64,000 bases of DNA from an uncultured Nitrospiraceae bacterium (lineage in GTDB: Bacteria > Nitrospirota > Thermodesulfovibrionia > Thermodesulfovibrionales > UBA6898), in the NCBI GenBank assembly GCA_963811165.1, contig CAWEQH010000010.1, positions 992,001 to 1,056,000 of the forward strand, written 5' to 3'. Under the pieces are notes generated by a model. It saw only the letters and a program-made list of their open reading frames with translations. It made no database searches and was not told the origin of the DNA. The position numbers and the translations under genes were made by a program. Positions 20,534 to 30,541 of this stretch are shown here, one piece after another. The first letter of the stretch is position 1; each line of letters starts with the position of its first letter.

Positions 20534-20884
20534 TTATTTCCTTTGTTCGAGTTCAAAGGCCTTCTTGGCTTTTTCAGCTGCTGCCTCAGCTCTCTTGGCA
20601 GCCGCCTCGGCCCTCTCCGCGGCAGCATCTCCCTGGCCGCAGCATTTCTTTGCCTCCGCTGCCAATGCCTTTGCCTCCTGCGCCTCCTTCATGGCCTGTT
20701 CAGCAGAACCTGCTGTCGGTCGTGCTTCGAGTGCGGAAACCCGCGCCTCGAGCTTGCTTATCCTGTCATTCAGAGGTTCGATCTGCTGTCTGACATAATC
20801 CCTCGATGCGCAGCCGACGACAAATAAAGTCAGGAAAACACTGATCAGGGTCAACAATGGTAACGATCTTCTCATCCTTCTCAC
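20534..20884 (-). CDS. Lpp/OprI-like alanine-zipper lipoprotein with C-terminal Arg-Lys
   Basis: VVGC lipobox, heptad coiled coil, Ala-rich zipper, ends ...FELEQRK. Strong RBS GGAGG before a GTG start. Confidence 0.8.
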   Translation of the reverse strand: MRRMRRSLPLLTLISVFLTLFVVGCASRDYVRQQIEPLNDRISKLEARVSALEARPTAGSAEQAMKEAQEAKALAAEAKKCCGQGDAAAERAEAAAKRAEAAAEKAKKAFELEQRK

Positions 20885-21019
20885 CTCCCTTTCTATAGTT
20901 GAGTTACCCCCATCCTACCTCCTAATCCCTCGGTGTGCAACCAGGCCCCCTGTTGTCGGATTTCCCGCCACTGCCGAGTCTTCATCGGAAACGGCTTGAC
21001 GCACCGGATCGGTCTGCAC

Positions 21020-21799
21020 TTATGACTGTTTGCGTATCATCGACAATGCGATAAAGGCTTCCCTTCTCAGAAGCGGCTCGCCGGCATCACCGGCTATTTT
21101 TTCGAGGGAGGAAACCGCCCTCGCATCTCTTAACATGCCGAGTGAGCGAATTGCGCTAATCTTTATCACAAAACGGATGTCTTTCAGTTGAGCAATGAGA
21201 TAAGGGACCGCAGTCACATCTCCGACCCTTCCCAGCGAGACAATGGATGCCTCCCGCACCGGAAGCTCAGGGTCGTCCAACCCTTGGATAAGGGCCCCGG
21301 ATACCCTCGGCCCGGAAAAATTTCCAAGGGCAAGGGCAAGGCTGCTTTTAAGAGCCGGGCATCCCTGATGAAAAAAAATATCGGAAAACAGCTGCAGTAA
21401 AACATCTTCCACCCGGGGAGTATGTATCCGGGCCAACAGGCCAATACCCCGCATCTGGAGTCTCCAGTCAAGACCCCGATTCCTTATCACCTCGATAAGC
21501 GCCTCCGTTGCTTGCCGATTGTTCATTCCTTCCGGTGCGTCAAGAAGAAAGGCCTCCCCCTCGTTTTTTTGAAGTTGCCTGATAATGGAGTCCGGGCCGG
21601 ACGCAGACACGGGCATGCTTGCGGCAAGAGAGAAGATGAGGAGAATAGCGGGCTCTATTTTTCTGCGAATATTCAATAGTCGACCTCCTGTGAATTCATA
21701 CCGGAGTGATGTTACAATCTTATCATCCGTATTGCCGCGTGACAACCTCGGCCTCTTTCTTTTTTTAATCATCACACACTCGGGGGAGGTTGACTTCAA
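21020..21799 (-). CDS. HEAT-repeat (PBS lyase-like) protein
   Basis: Repeated ALG...LI..L.D....VR..A..SLG units. Start uncertain. Confidence 0.75.
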   Translation of the reverse strand: MKSTSPECVMIKKRKRPRLSRGNTDDKIVTSLRYEFTGGRLLNIRRKIEPAILLIFSLAASMPVSASGPDSIIRQLQKNEGEAFLLDAPEGMNNRQATEALIEVIRNRGLDWRLQMRGIGLLARIHTPRVEDVLLQLFSDIFFHQGCPALKSSLALALGNFSGPRVSGALIQGLDDPELPVREASIVSLGRVGDVTAVPYLIAQLKDIRFVIKISAIRSLGMLRDARAVSSLEKIAGDAGEPLLRREAFIALSMIRKQS

Positions 21800-21954
21800 T
21801 CAGTCGTCTAAACGGCCGCCGGCTGTCCAATTCGGCATTTTAATCGATACATTTCAACTTTGCATTAAAGACTTTACATTGAATTTCGCAAACCTTCAGT
21901 GCCTATGAAGAATGAGGTACCGGTGGTACACTTTTACAAAGGGAGGCAAAGATT

Positions 21955-22191
21955 ATGCACTGGCACATTGTTGAACGCGGAATGGAGTTTGGCTGGCTGT
22001 TTATTATCATCTTTTCCATTTTTATTGTCCTTGGCGTGATCCATCTGGCAAATTTGATTTCCGGAAGCAGGGGGAGGGAAACTCACGGAGAATCGCCTCT
22101 TCATATTCTCAAGAGACGGTATGCAAAGGGAGAAATAACCAGGGAGGAGTTTGAAAAAATGAAGGATGAGATTACAGGGAAGATATGCTGA
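21955..22191 (+). CDS. SHOCT-domain membrane protein
   Basis: One TM helix followed by LKRRYAKGEITREEFEKMK. Confidence 0.85.
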   Translation: MHWHIVERGMEFGWLFIIIFSIFIVLGVIHLANLISGSRGRETHGESPLHILKRRYAKGEITREEFEKMKDEITGKIC

Positions 22192-22206
22192 GGGAAAACG
22201 ACCGCA

Positions 22207-23211
22207 ATGTTTAGAAGGAGATATGTTTCCTTTATCATCGGCATCTTTGTCTTATTTATCACCTACCTGCACTACTCGACCCTCCCGGAGATCTATTCCT
22301 TTCACAATGTGTACAAGGAATTTTACTATATACCAATATTTCTCGGCGCTCTTGCGTTCGGTCTGAGGGGGGCCCTCCTGATTTATCTTTACGTTTTTAT
22401 TTTCGAGCTCCCTTTTGTTATTGAAGGCTGGACAGGGGCTTTTGCATCTGAAGTGAGCCGATTGTTTCATCTGGGGCTGCAGGGGCTTTTTGCAATTTTT
22501 GCCGGATATCTCGTCGACAGAGAAAGGAAAACAAGGAAACAGACAGAAAAAGAGAGGGACCTTGCCAGGATCGGACAGGTCGCGACTGCAATCGTGCACG
22601 ATCTGAAAAATCCTATTATCACCATCCTCGGATTTTCAAAGCGCATCAAAAATGGGAAGGGAAATGCCGACGAGTCGATAGACATTGTCATGGATTCAGC
22701 ACTTACCATGCAAAAGATAGTCCAAGGCGTGCTGGATTTCTCAAAACCTCTTCAGTTGACACTAAATAAGGAGGACATAAGAGAAGTAATCGCTAAAGCA
22801 TGCCACATCTGTAAAGAAAAGGCAGAAGAAGGAGGCGTGAACTTATTGACAAGCGTTCCTGCCTCTCCGGTTTACGTGGAATTAGACAGCTTCCATATGG
22901 AAAGGGCATTGATAAATCTCCTCAGCAATGCGATTGAAGCCTCCGGCAGGGGTCAAGAAGTGAAAGTCGGTACTGCACCCGGTAAAGACACCCTGGCTAT
23001 CACGATAGTGGATCAAGGGCCTGGCATGGACCGGGAGACCATTGAAAATGTATTTACCCCCTTCTATACAAAGAAGAAAGAAGGGACCGGACTTGGGATG
23101 CCCATTGCAAAGAAGGTGGTAGATGCGCACAAAGGTGAAATATCTGTCTTCTCTAAACCCGGCGAAGGGACGGAAGTCAGGATAAAATTGCCTTACAAGG
23201 CTGATAAGTAA
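22207..23211 (+). CDS. Membrane sensor histidine kinase (no adjacent regulator)
   Basis: TM N-terminus; HDLKNP H-box; NAIEA, DQGPG, PFYT.K..GTGLG boxes. Confidence 0.92.
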   Translation: MFRRRYVSFIIGIFVLFITYLHYSTLPEIYSFHNVYKEFYYIPIFLGALAFGLRGALLIYLYVFIFELPFVIEGWTGAFASEVSRLFHLGLQGLFAIFAGYLVDRERKTRKQTEKERDLARIGQVATAIVHDLKNPIITILGFSKRIKNGKGNADESIDIVMDSALTMQKIVQGVLDFSKPLQLTLNKEDIREVIAKACHICKEKAEEGGVNLLTSVPASPVYVELDSFHMERALINLLSNAIEASGRGQEVKVGTAPGKDTLAITIVDQGPGMDRETIENVFTPFYTKKKEGTGLGMPIAKKVVDAHKGEISVFSKPGEGTEVRIKLPYKADK

Positions 23212-23341
23212 TAAGGGATTATCTTATAATGGGAGAAGATCTCTTTTGTTGTATTCCCCGGATGTATTTCTTAAAGGAAAAGGAAGATATAATTAGACTT
23301 GATGCATTACACCAAAAAGCGGTAAGAAAGGAGAAATTGTC

Positions 23342-24184
23342 ATGAGCACCGAAAAGTTTTGCCCCATGGGAAAAATTGAAAAACTGCTTTTAGCGACGGA
23401 CTGGTCGGACTATAGCGAAGGCGCGGTAACAGAGGCCATAACCCTTGCCAGGCAATGTGCAACCGAACTCTATGCCATTTCAGTCATTGAAATAAATCCT
23501 GAATATGAGACTTTCGGTACCGACGTCATCGAAAAGGAAGAAAAAGAAGTCGTAACATATTTCGAATCGTTAAAAGCCAGGGCGTTGAAAGAAGGAGTGA
23601 CTTGTAAAACCATCCTCCGGGAGTCGGGAGAGCCTTATCGTCTCATAGTCGAGGAAGCTGAAAAGAAGAAGGTTGACATGATAATTTTAGGCAAGCACGG
23701 CCGCAGGGGACTGGCAAAGGTTTTAATGGGAAATGTGGCAGCAAAAGTTATCGGTTACGCACCTTGCAACGTGTTGGTGGTCCCAAAAGCGGCGGTGATC
23801 GAATTCAGAAATGTACTGGTAGCAACAGACGGCTCCGGGCATGGTGACGCGGCAGTCGCGGAGGCGGTTGGAATCGCGAAACGCTGCGGGAGTCATATTA
23901 TTGCGGTGTCCGCATTCCTGATGGACGAAGAACGGGAAGAGGCAAGGACGATAGTAGACAACGTTATCAAGGCGGCGCAGAAGGAAGGGGTGTCGGCGGA
24001 AGGCGTTACCCCCAGAGGCAAACCTTACGAGGCAATAGTTGAAACAGCAGGCGGCAGGGCGGTTGACTTAATAGTGATGGGCGCTTATGGCAAAACCGGG
24101 CTGAGAAAACTCCTCATGGGGAGCTCAACTGAAAAGGTTGTCGGACTTGCCGGCTGTGGCGTCATGGTTGTCAAACATGGCTGA
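23342..24184 (+). CDS. Tandem-domain universal stress protein
   Basis: Two USP domains (LLATD.S / LVATDGS; D.I..G..G..GL...LMG). Confidence 0.92.
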   Translation: MSTEKFCPMGKIEKLLLATDWSDYSEGAVTEAITLARQCATELYAISVIEINPEYETFGTDVIEKEEKEVVTYFESLKARALKEGVTCKTILRESGEPYRLIVEEAEKKKVDMIILGKHGRRGLAKVLMGNVAAKVIGYAPCNVLVVPKAAVIEFRNVLVATDGSGHGDAAVAEAVGIAKRCGSHIIAVSAFLMDEEREEARTIVDNVIKAAQKEGVSAEGVTPRGKPYEAIVETAGGRAVDLIVMGAYGKTGLRKLLMGSSTEKVVGLAGCGVMVVKHG

Positions 24185-24192
24185 GGCATCCC

Positions 24193-26617
24193 TTGAGTCT
24201 GAGAGTCAGAAACACAGCTGAATACAAGAAGCTCTCGATTGAAGAGTCCCTGAAGATCCTGGAGACTTCGACAGATGGTATTGCGGAATCAGAAGCAGAA
24301 AAGCGCCTTGAGATATTCGGGTATAACGAAATCACAGAGAAAAAGAAGAACCCCTTTCTTGAATTTTTGCTGCGTTACTGGGGTCCCATGCCGTGGCTGC
24401 TGGAGCTTGCAATGGGGCTTTCGTTTATATTGAGGCATCATATCGAGGGATTCATAATCTTTGCGTTGCTCACGGTAAATGCCGTCATTGGCCAAGTGCA
24501 TTCACGCGGCTCGCAAAAGGCCGTAGAACTCCTTAAGAAAAAGCTGGCGGTCAAAGCGAAAGTATTGCGCGATGGCAAGTGGGTCATTAAAGAGGCCAAG
24601 GAAATTGTACCCGGAGACATCATCGCCGTTGGGCTCGGAGATATCGTTCCTGCAGATGCCAAAATTATAAGCGGCGGGCTTTCCATTGATCAATCAGCCC
24701 TGACCGGAGAATCCCTGCCCATAGAGACACAGCAGGCAGACATACTCTATTCGAGTTCCGTAGTGAGGCGTGGAGAGGCCAGGCTGCACTGTAGTCAATA
24801 CCGGAGCAAACACATACTTCGGCAAAACAGCGGAACTCGTCAGAACAGCAAAGCCGAAGTCCCACCAAGGGGAAGTGATGATGACTATGGTCAGATATAT
24901 GATGTATCTGGCTATAGCCGCACTGGTCTTAATTTTGGCATACGGTGTGATTATGAGATTAGAAGAACATATCGTCACTGTACTGACCCTGGCGGTAATC
25001 TTCCTTATGGGCGCGGTCCCTGTGGCCCTTCCGGCAGTGCTCACCATCGTCCAGTCCGTCGGAGCAATGGAGCTTGCAAAAAAGGGAGCGCTCGTGACCA
25101 GACTCGATTCGATCGAGGATGCCGCTTCGATAGATGTCCTCTGCTTCGATAAGACAGGTACGATAACTCAGAATAAATTATCGGTTGCTGAAAGCATACC
25201 GTTCTCCGGATATACGAAAGAGGATGTTGTCCTTACAGCCGCCTTGGCCTCACAAGAGGAAGGGATGGACATCATAGACCTTGCGGTCATCGACTATGCG
25301 AAAAGCATGAGAGTTGATTTTATCCCCTACAAACGGATATCCCATACCCCCTTTGATCCATCGACTAAGAGGAGCGAGGCGATAATAGGGATCGGCACAA
25401 AGCATTTTAAAGCGGTCAAAGGCGCAGCCCATATAGTCTTATCCATGTGCCGGGGAATCGACAAAAAAGAGATGGAGAAGGCAAACGGGACCATAGAAGA
25501 GTTTTCCCGGAAAGGATACAGAACGATAGCAGTTGCCCGTTCGGAAGGCGACGCGGATAATCTTAAACTTGCAGGATTGCTTTCATTGGCCGATCCACTC
25601 AGGCCGGACTCAAAAAGCATGATAGAACAGGCAAGAAAGCTGGGAATAAAGCCTATAATGCTTACCGGCGATAGTATGGCCATAGCGAAAGAGATAGCCC
25701 TTCAGGCCGGGATAGGCGGAAACATTATCCGTATGGCGGATATCGGTGGCTTACGCGGGGACGAGCAGATGAGGGTCGTAGGAGAAAGCGATGGGTTTGC
25801 CGAGATATATCCGGAAGACAAGTATAAGATTGTGAAACTTCTGCAGTCCAGAGGGCACATGGTAGGGATGACTGGAGACGGTGTGAATGATGCCCCTGCG
25901 CTTAAACAGGCGGAGATGGGGATAGCGGTGAGCAATGCGACCGACGTGGCAAAGGCGGCTGCGAGCGTAGTACTGACCGAAGCGGGTATAAGTGTGATAA
26001 TCAATGCCGTCACAATAAGCAGACAGACCTATCAACGGATGCTGACATGGGTCATTAACAAAGTCACGAAGGTAATAGAATTCGTCGGTCTGCTGACCCT
26101 GAGTTTCTTCTGGCTCCATGACATTGTGCTCTCTCTCCTGGGGATGTCGCTCCTGGTGTTTGCAAACGATTTCGTGACCATGTCCCTTGCAACCGACAAT
26201 GTAAAACATACTCCTAATCCCAACATGTGGAATGTAAAGAACATTACTCTTGCGTCACTCGTTCCGGGCATGCTCTTGGTTGTGGAGGGCATGCTCGTTA
26301 TTGCGGCGGGCATGAAATATTTTCATCTTGAATGGGAGAAACTGCGCACCCTGGTAATGTTGAACCTGATATTCAACAGCCAGTTCAGGGTCTTGATCGT
26401 TCGGGAGAGAAGGCACTTCTGGTCGTCGCTTCCGGGCAGGGAATTACTGGTCCTGAGCGCGGCGACCATAATCGGATTTGCACTGGCGGGTGTATATGGA
26501 ATCTTTGTTCCGCCCCTTAAGCCCTATCAGGTTTCCGCTGTTTTGATATTTTCGGCAGTGTTTACGCTCGGTATTGATTTCCCGAAGTTCTATATATTCA
26601 AAAAATTCAAATTATAA
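24193..26617 (+). CDS. P3A-type proton-efflux P-type ATPase (one apparent +1 frameshift near 24784)
   Basis: TGES lies in ORF 24193-25152; PVALP, DKTGT, KGA, MLTGD and GDGVNDAP lie in ORF 24770-26617. Removing one C gives GEAR-CTVVNTG. Confidence 0.88.
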
Positions 26618-26695
26618 TTCGGAAGCGTACAAGTCTTTCTATATCAACAAACCCTTTGACTGTCGCGTGTGATGCGATTGTCGGAAATAATCCTG

Positions 26696-26755
26696 GCAAT
26701 GAAATATTGCACTGCAAGATTTATTTGCAGCAAAAAATGTGCAAATCCGTTTTGC
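26696..26755. promoter_or_regulatory. Three GCAA-N7-TTGC palindromes, candidate enhancer (bEBP) sites
   Basis: Exact matches at 26696-26710, 26714-26728 and 26741-26755, upstream of an IHF box and a -24/-12 element. Confidence 0.65.
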
Positions 26756-26774
26756 CCACAAATTTACCTCGATA

Positions 26775-26787
26775 TATCAAGTAGTTA
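26775..26787 (+). promoter_or_regulatory. IHF-binding consensus
   Basis: TATCAAGTAGTTA matches WATCAANNNNTTR. Confidence 0.6.
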
Positions 26788-26802
26788 TCAAAGGCCCGGA
26801 AA

Positions 26803-26818
26803 TGGCATGCTTATTGTA
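26803..26818 (+). promoter_or_regulatory. sigma-54 -24/-12 promoter
   Basis: TGGCAT-GCTTA-TTGTA versus consensus TGGCAC-N5-TTGCW, 65 bp upstream of the MFS ATG. Confidence 0.65.
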
Positions 26819-26883
26819 TATATTGCTATCGAAACTAGGAATTAAGAATAACAACTAAACATTTTTGTATTCGAGGTAGATTC

Positions 26884-28783
26884 ATGAACGCTAAGTTAGA
26901 GATGATAAACGAACACATTTCCCTGCATCCGAGCTGGAAGTGGTCTATTCTTTCCACTGTTTTGTTGGGTGCCACTATGTCGGCCCTTGACGTAAGCATC
27001 GTAAACGTAGCCATGCCGACCCTCAAGAACACGTTCGGCGTCTCTATGGCGGTCATCGAGTGGATAGCAATGGCGTATATGCTTGCGCTGACCATTTTCC
27101 TGCCGTTATTTGGGAGACTGGCAGATATTTACGGAAGATCCAAGCTTTACACTATAGGGTTTGTAGTTTTCTCCGTGGGTTCGCTGTTTTGCGGAATGTC
27201 GTCCACCGCGGGATTAATGATCGCATCCCGTATTATTCAGGGTATCGGGGCCGGGCTTCTGCAGGCCAACTCCGTTGCTCTCATTACGCAAGCATTTCCG
27301 GCCAAAGAGAGGGGCAAGGCCATCGGCATCCAGGGGGCTGTGCAGGCGATTTCGATGTCGGTCGGTCCTTTTGTGGGCGGTATCCTGATAGCCACGGTAG
27401 GCTGGAAGGCCATCTTCTACGTCAATATCCCGATAGGAATACTGGGGACACTGGCCGCTCTTTTCATCCTGCCGCCAAACCGGAAAGTCGAAAAGAAGGA
27501 GAAAATCGATTATCTTGGGACCGTGCTTTTCGCCTCCGGGCTTGCTTCTATCGTGCTGGCCTTCAACGAGGGAGTAAAGCTCGGCTGGGGCTCCCATACT
27601 ATAATGATGTATTTCGTCTCCGGCATAGTGCTCCTGACCCTTTTTATCGTTACGGAACTGAAGGCCAAGTACCCGCTGATAGACCTCAAGCTATTTAAGG
27701 ACGTCAACTTTTTCCTGGGGAACCTGACCGGCATGCTGTCGTATTATGTCCTGTTTGCGGTCATGTTCCTGATGCCTTTCTATCTCGAAAAAGTGCTTGG
27801 GTACGGTGTTGCCCTTACAGGCACACTACTGACTCCCCTTCTTCTTGCGATGGCGGTAGTCGCTCCCCTCTCCGGGCATGTCTCGGACAAGTACGGGCCG
27901 AGGATTATGACTACTTCCGGAATGCTTATTTCGGCGCTGGCATGTTTAGCTCTCATGTTCATGGGAGCGGCGGCGCAACTGCCCCTGCTGGTGGCTGTGC
28001 TGGTCTTTTTGGGGATTGGGATGGGATTGTTCACCCCGTCAAACAGCAGCGCAATCATGGGCTCAGCCCCGCAAGACAAACTGGGGGTGGCAGGAAGCGT
28101 ATTGAACATGACACGCTCTCTTGGGCTTATATTCGGGGTAAACATATCCGGAGTTATATTCACCACCCTTGAACACGGATACCTGGCCGAAAAAGGTTAT
28201 CCCAATGCTCAGCATGTATTCAGCAACAGCACTATTCCCATGCCGGTCAAAGCCGATGCCTTTATGCACGGGTTCCTTGTCGTCATAGGGGTCCTTTTGG
28301 CAATCAATGTTCTGACGGCATTTCTTTCAGCCGCCGGGAGGGTCAAAACAACCGCGATCATAGATCATGAATCGACGGGTACGGTTGTTATTTCTTCAGG
28401 TTTTTTCAATGGCTTTGGTCAGGAAGCAAGGGGAATAGCGCTTTTCATAATGCTTCTGCTTTTTACCGGCGTCGTCGGCGCTTTTGCCTCTTCCAGAATC
28501 AGGAACGAAAATTCTTTCGGCTATCAGGCGGCCCAAAGGTGTGTATCCGGGCAGAGACCAAAGCGTTTCAGACGCACAGAAGCTTGCCATGGCGTATTAT
28601 GTCAAAAAATACAATGATGCGGATGTCCGCATCGAAGTAGTACCGCACGGTGACCACATGGAAGCCGATGTGGTAAAAAACGGCATGCTGGTAAGAAGAC
28701 TCTCTATCGAGGGCAATACGATCAAAGAACACGGAACGGGTTTGAGGGCATGGGGCCTTGAACTCTTGACCAATGTAAATTGA
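26884..28783 (+). CDS. DHA2 (EmrB/QacA-like) MFS transporter with extra TM and C-terminal soluble extension (apparent frameshift at about 28500-28540)
   Basis: LD.SIVNVA.P, GRLAD.YGR and LIDL.LF motifs. After an extra TM helix, the overlapping ORF 28484-28783 continues with plausible protein sequence. Confidence 0.8.
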
Positions 28784-28839
28784 GAAACCGGAATTTTTCA
28801 GATTCCTGAAATCAAATTTTTTAAAGGAGTTATTTTAGA

Positions 28840-30354
28840 ATGAGCAAATTACAATTTCCGCATCCAAACATTTCTTCACGCCCCAGCTGGAAGTGGTTTA
28901 TTCTTTCCACTGTTCTGCTTGGCGCCACCATGTCGGCCCTTGACGTAAGCATTGTTAACGTTGCCATGCCGACTCTCAAGAACTACCTTTGGGGTCTCCA
29001 TGGCGGTCATCGAGTGGATAGCCATGGCCTATATGCTTACCCTCACCATTTTTCTGCCGTTCTTCGGAAGGCTGGCCGATATGTTCGGAAGGTCAAAGCT
29101 CTACAATATCGGTTTTGTGGTCTTCTCCGTGGGTTCGCTGTTTTGCGGCATGTCTATCTACCGCCGGCATGATGATCGCCGCCCGGGTCATCCAGGCAAT
29201 CGGGGCCGGGTCTTTTGCAGGCCAACTCGGTCGCTCTCATCACGCATGCGTTTCCGGCGAACGAGAGGGGCAAGGCCATCGGCATCCAGGGGGCGGTGCA
29301 GGCGATTTCGATGTCGGTCGGTCCCTTTGTGGGAGGTATCCTGATAGCCACGGTAGGCTGGAGGGCGATCTTCTACGTGAATATCCCGATAGGGATACTG
29401 GGGACACTGGCCGCTCTTTTCATCCTGCCGCCAAACCAGAAAGTCGAAAAGAAGGAGAAAATCGATTATCTTGGGACCGTGCTTTTCGCCTCCGGGCTTG
29501 CTTCTATCGTGCTGGCCTTCAACGAGGGAGTAAAGCTCGGCTGGGGCTCGAATACGATTATCATGTATTTTCTGTCCGGCATCGTTTTGATGGCGCTTTT
29601 TATTCTCACGGAACTTCGGGTCGAACATCCGCTGATAGACCTCAAGCTCTTCAAGAATGCCACCTTCCTCATAGGGAATCTGACCGGCATGCTGTCTTAT
29701 TACGTCTTGTTCGCCATCATGTTCATGATGCCCTTTTATCTCCAAAAGGTGTTGGGCTACAGTATTGCGCTCACCGGTTCCTTGCTGACCCCTGTCCCGC
29801 TTGCAATGGCCCTGGTCGCTCCATTTTCCGGTCATATCTCGGATAAGTACGGACCAAGGATCATGACCACCTCGGGGATGCTTATCTCCGCCCTGGCCTG
29901 CTTCTCCCTCATGTTCATGGGGGCCTCGGCGCAGCTCCCCGTACTCGTGGCCGTGTTGGTCCTCCTGGGGATTGGTATGGGATTATTCACCCCCCCAAAC
30001 AACAGCGCTATCATGGGCTCAGCCCCGAAGGAAAAACTAGGCGTGGCTGGCGGCGTCCTGAATATGATGAGGTCTCTTGGACTTATCTTGGGCGTGGACA
30101 TCTCCGGTGTCATATTCACCACCCTGGAGCACCGCTACCTGGCTGAGAAAGGATATCCCAACGTCCAGCACATATTCAACAACACCAGCATCCCCGTGTT
30201 GGTCAAGGACAATGCTTTCATGCACGGCTTCCTTGTCGTAATAGGGGTTCTCCTGGCCCTCAATCTCCTCGCCGCCTTCTTTTCAGCCGCGAACAAGTCG
30301 GAAATTGACGCTGAAGCTGCCGAGGCAGCCAGGGAATTTGTGGATGCAGCATAG
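28840..30354 (+). CDS. DHA2 MFS transporter, paralog of the upstream gene (three apparent +1 insertions near 28984, 29156, 29211)
   Basis: Pieces in ORFs 28840, 28952, 29115 and 29215 align collinearly with the upstream MFS. Confidence 0.85.
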
Positions 30355-30387
30355 GTAATCTGAAACAACAGCAGAGATAGGCTTCTT

Positions 30388-30420
30388 AAGAGGGCTGCTA
30401 TGGCAGCCCTCTTTGCTTTC
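30388..30420 (+). terminator. Intrinsic terminator after the MFS pair
   Basis: aagagggctgc-tatg-gcagccctctt followed by a T-rich tail. Confidence 0.75.
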
Positions 30421-30541
30421 AACTATAATAGGGAGAATAAGAGAGAAGGGAGTAATTTTGTCTGAGTAATTATAGGATGCCCCTGTTTAATCAACAAGGA
30501 AGGCCGGATAAGAGCCGCCGGTCAGGGACTGGGAAAGATAC

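Noticed and set aside
20628..20652. Vicinal Cys-Cys (KKCCGQGD) inside the Lpp-like zipper as an inter-chain disulfide feature
   Set aside because: The shifted frame reads N-A-A-A-R, which fits the alanine zipper (AKNAAARADAAA). It is probably a compensating indel pair like those in the adjacent Ldt gene.
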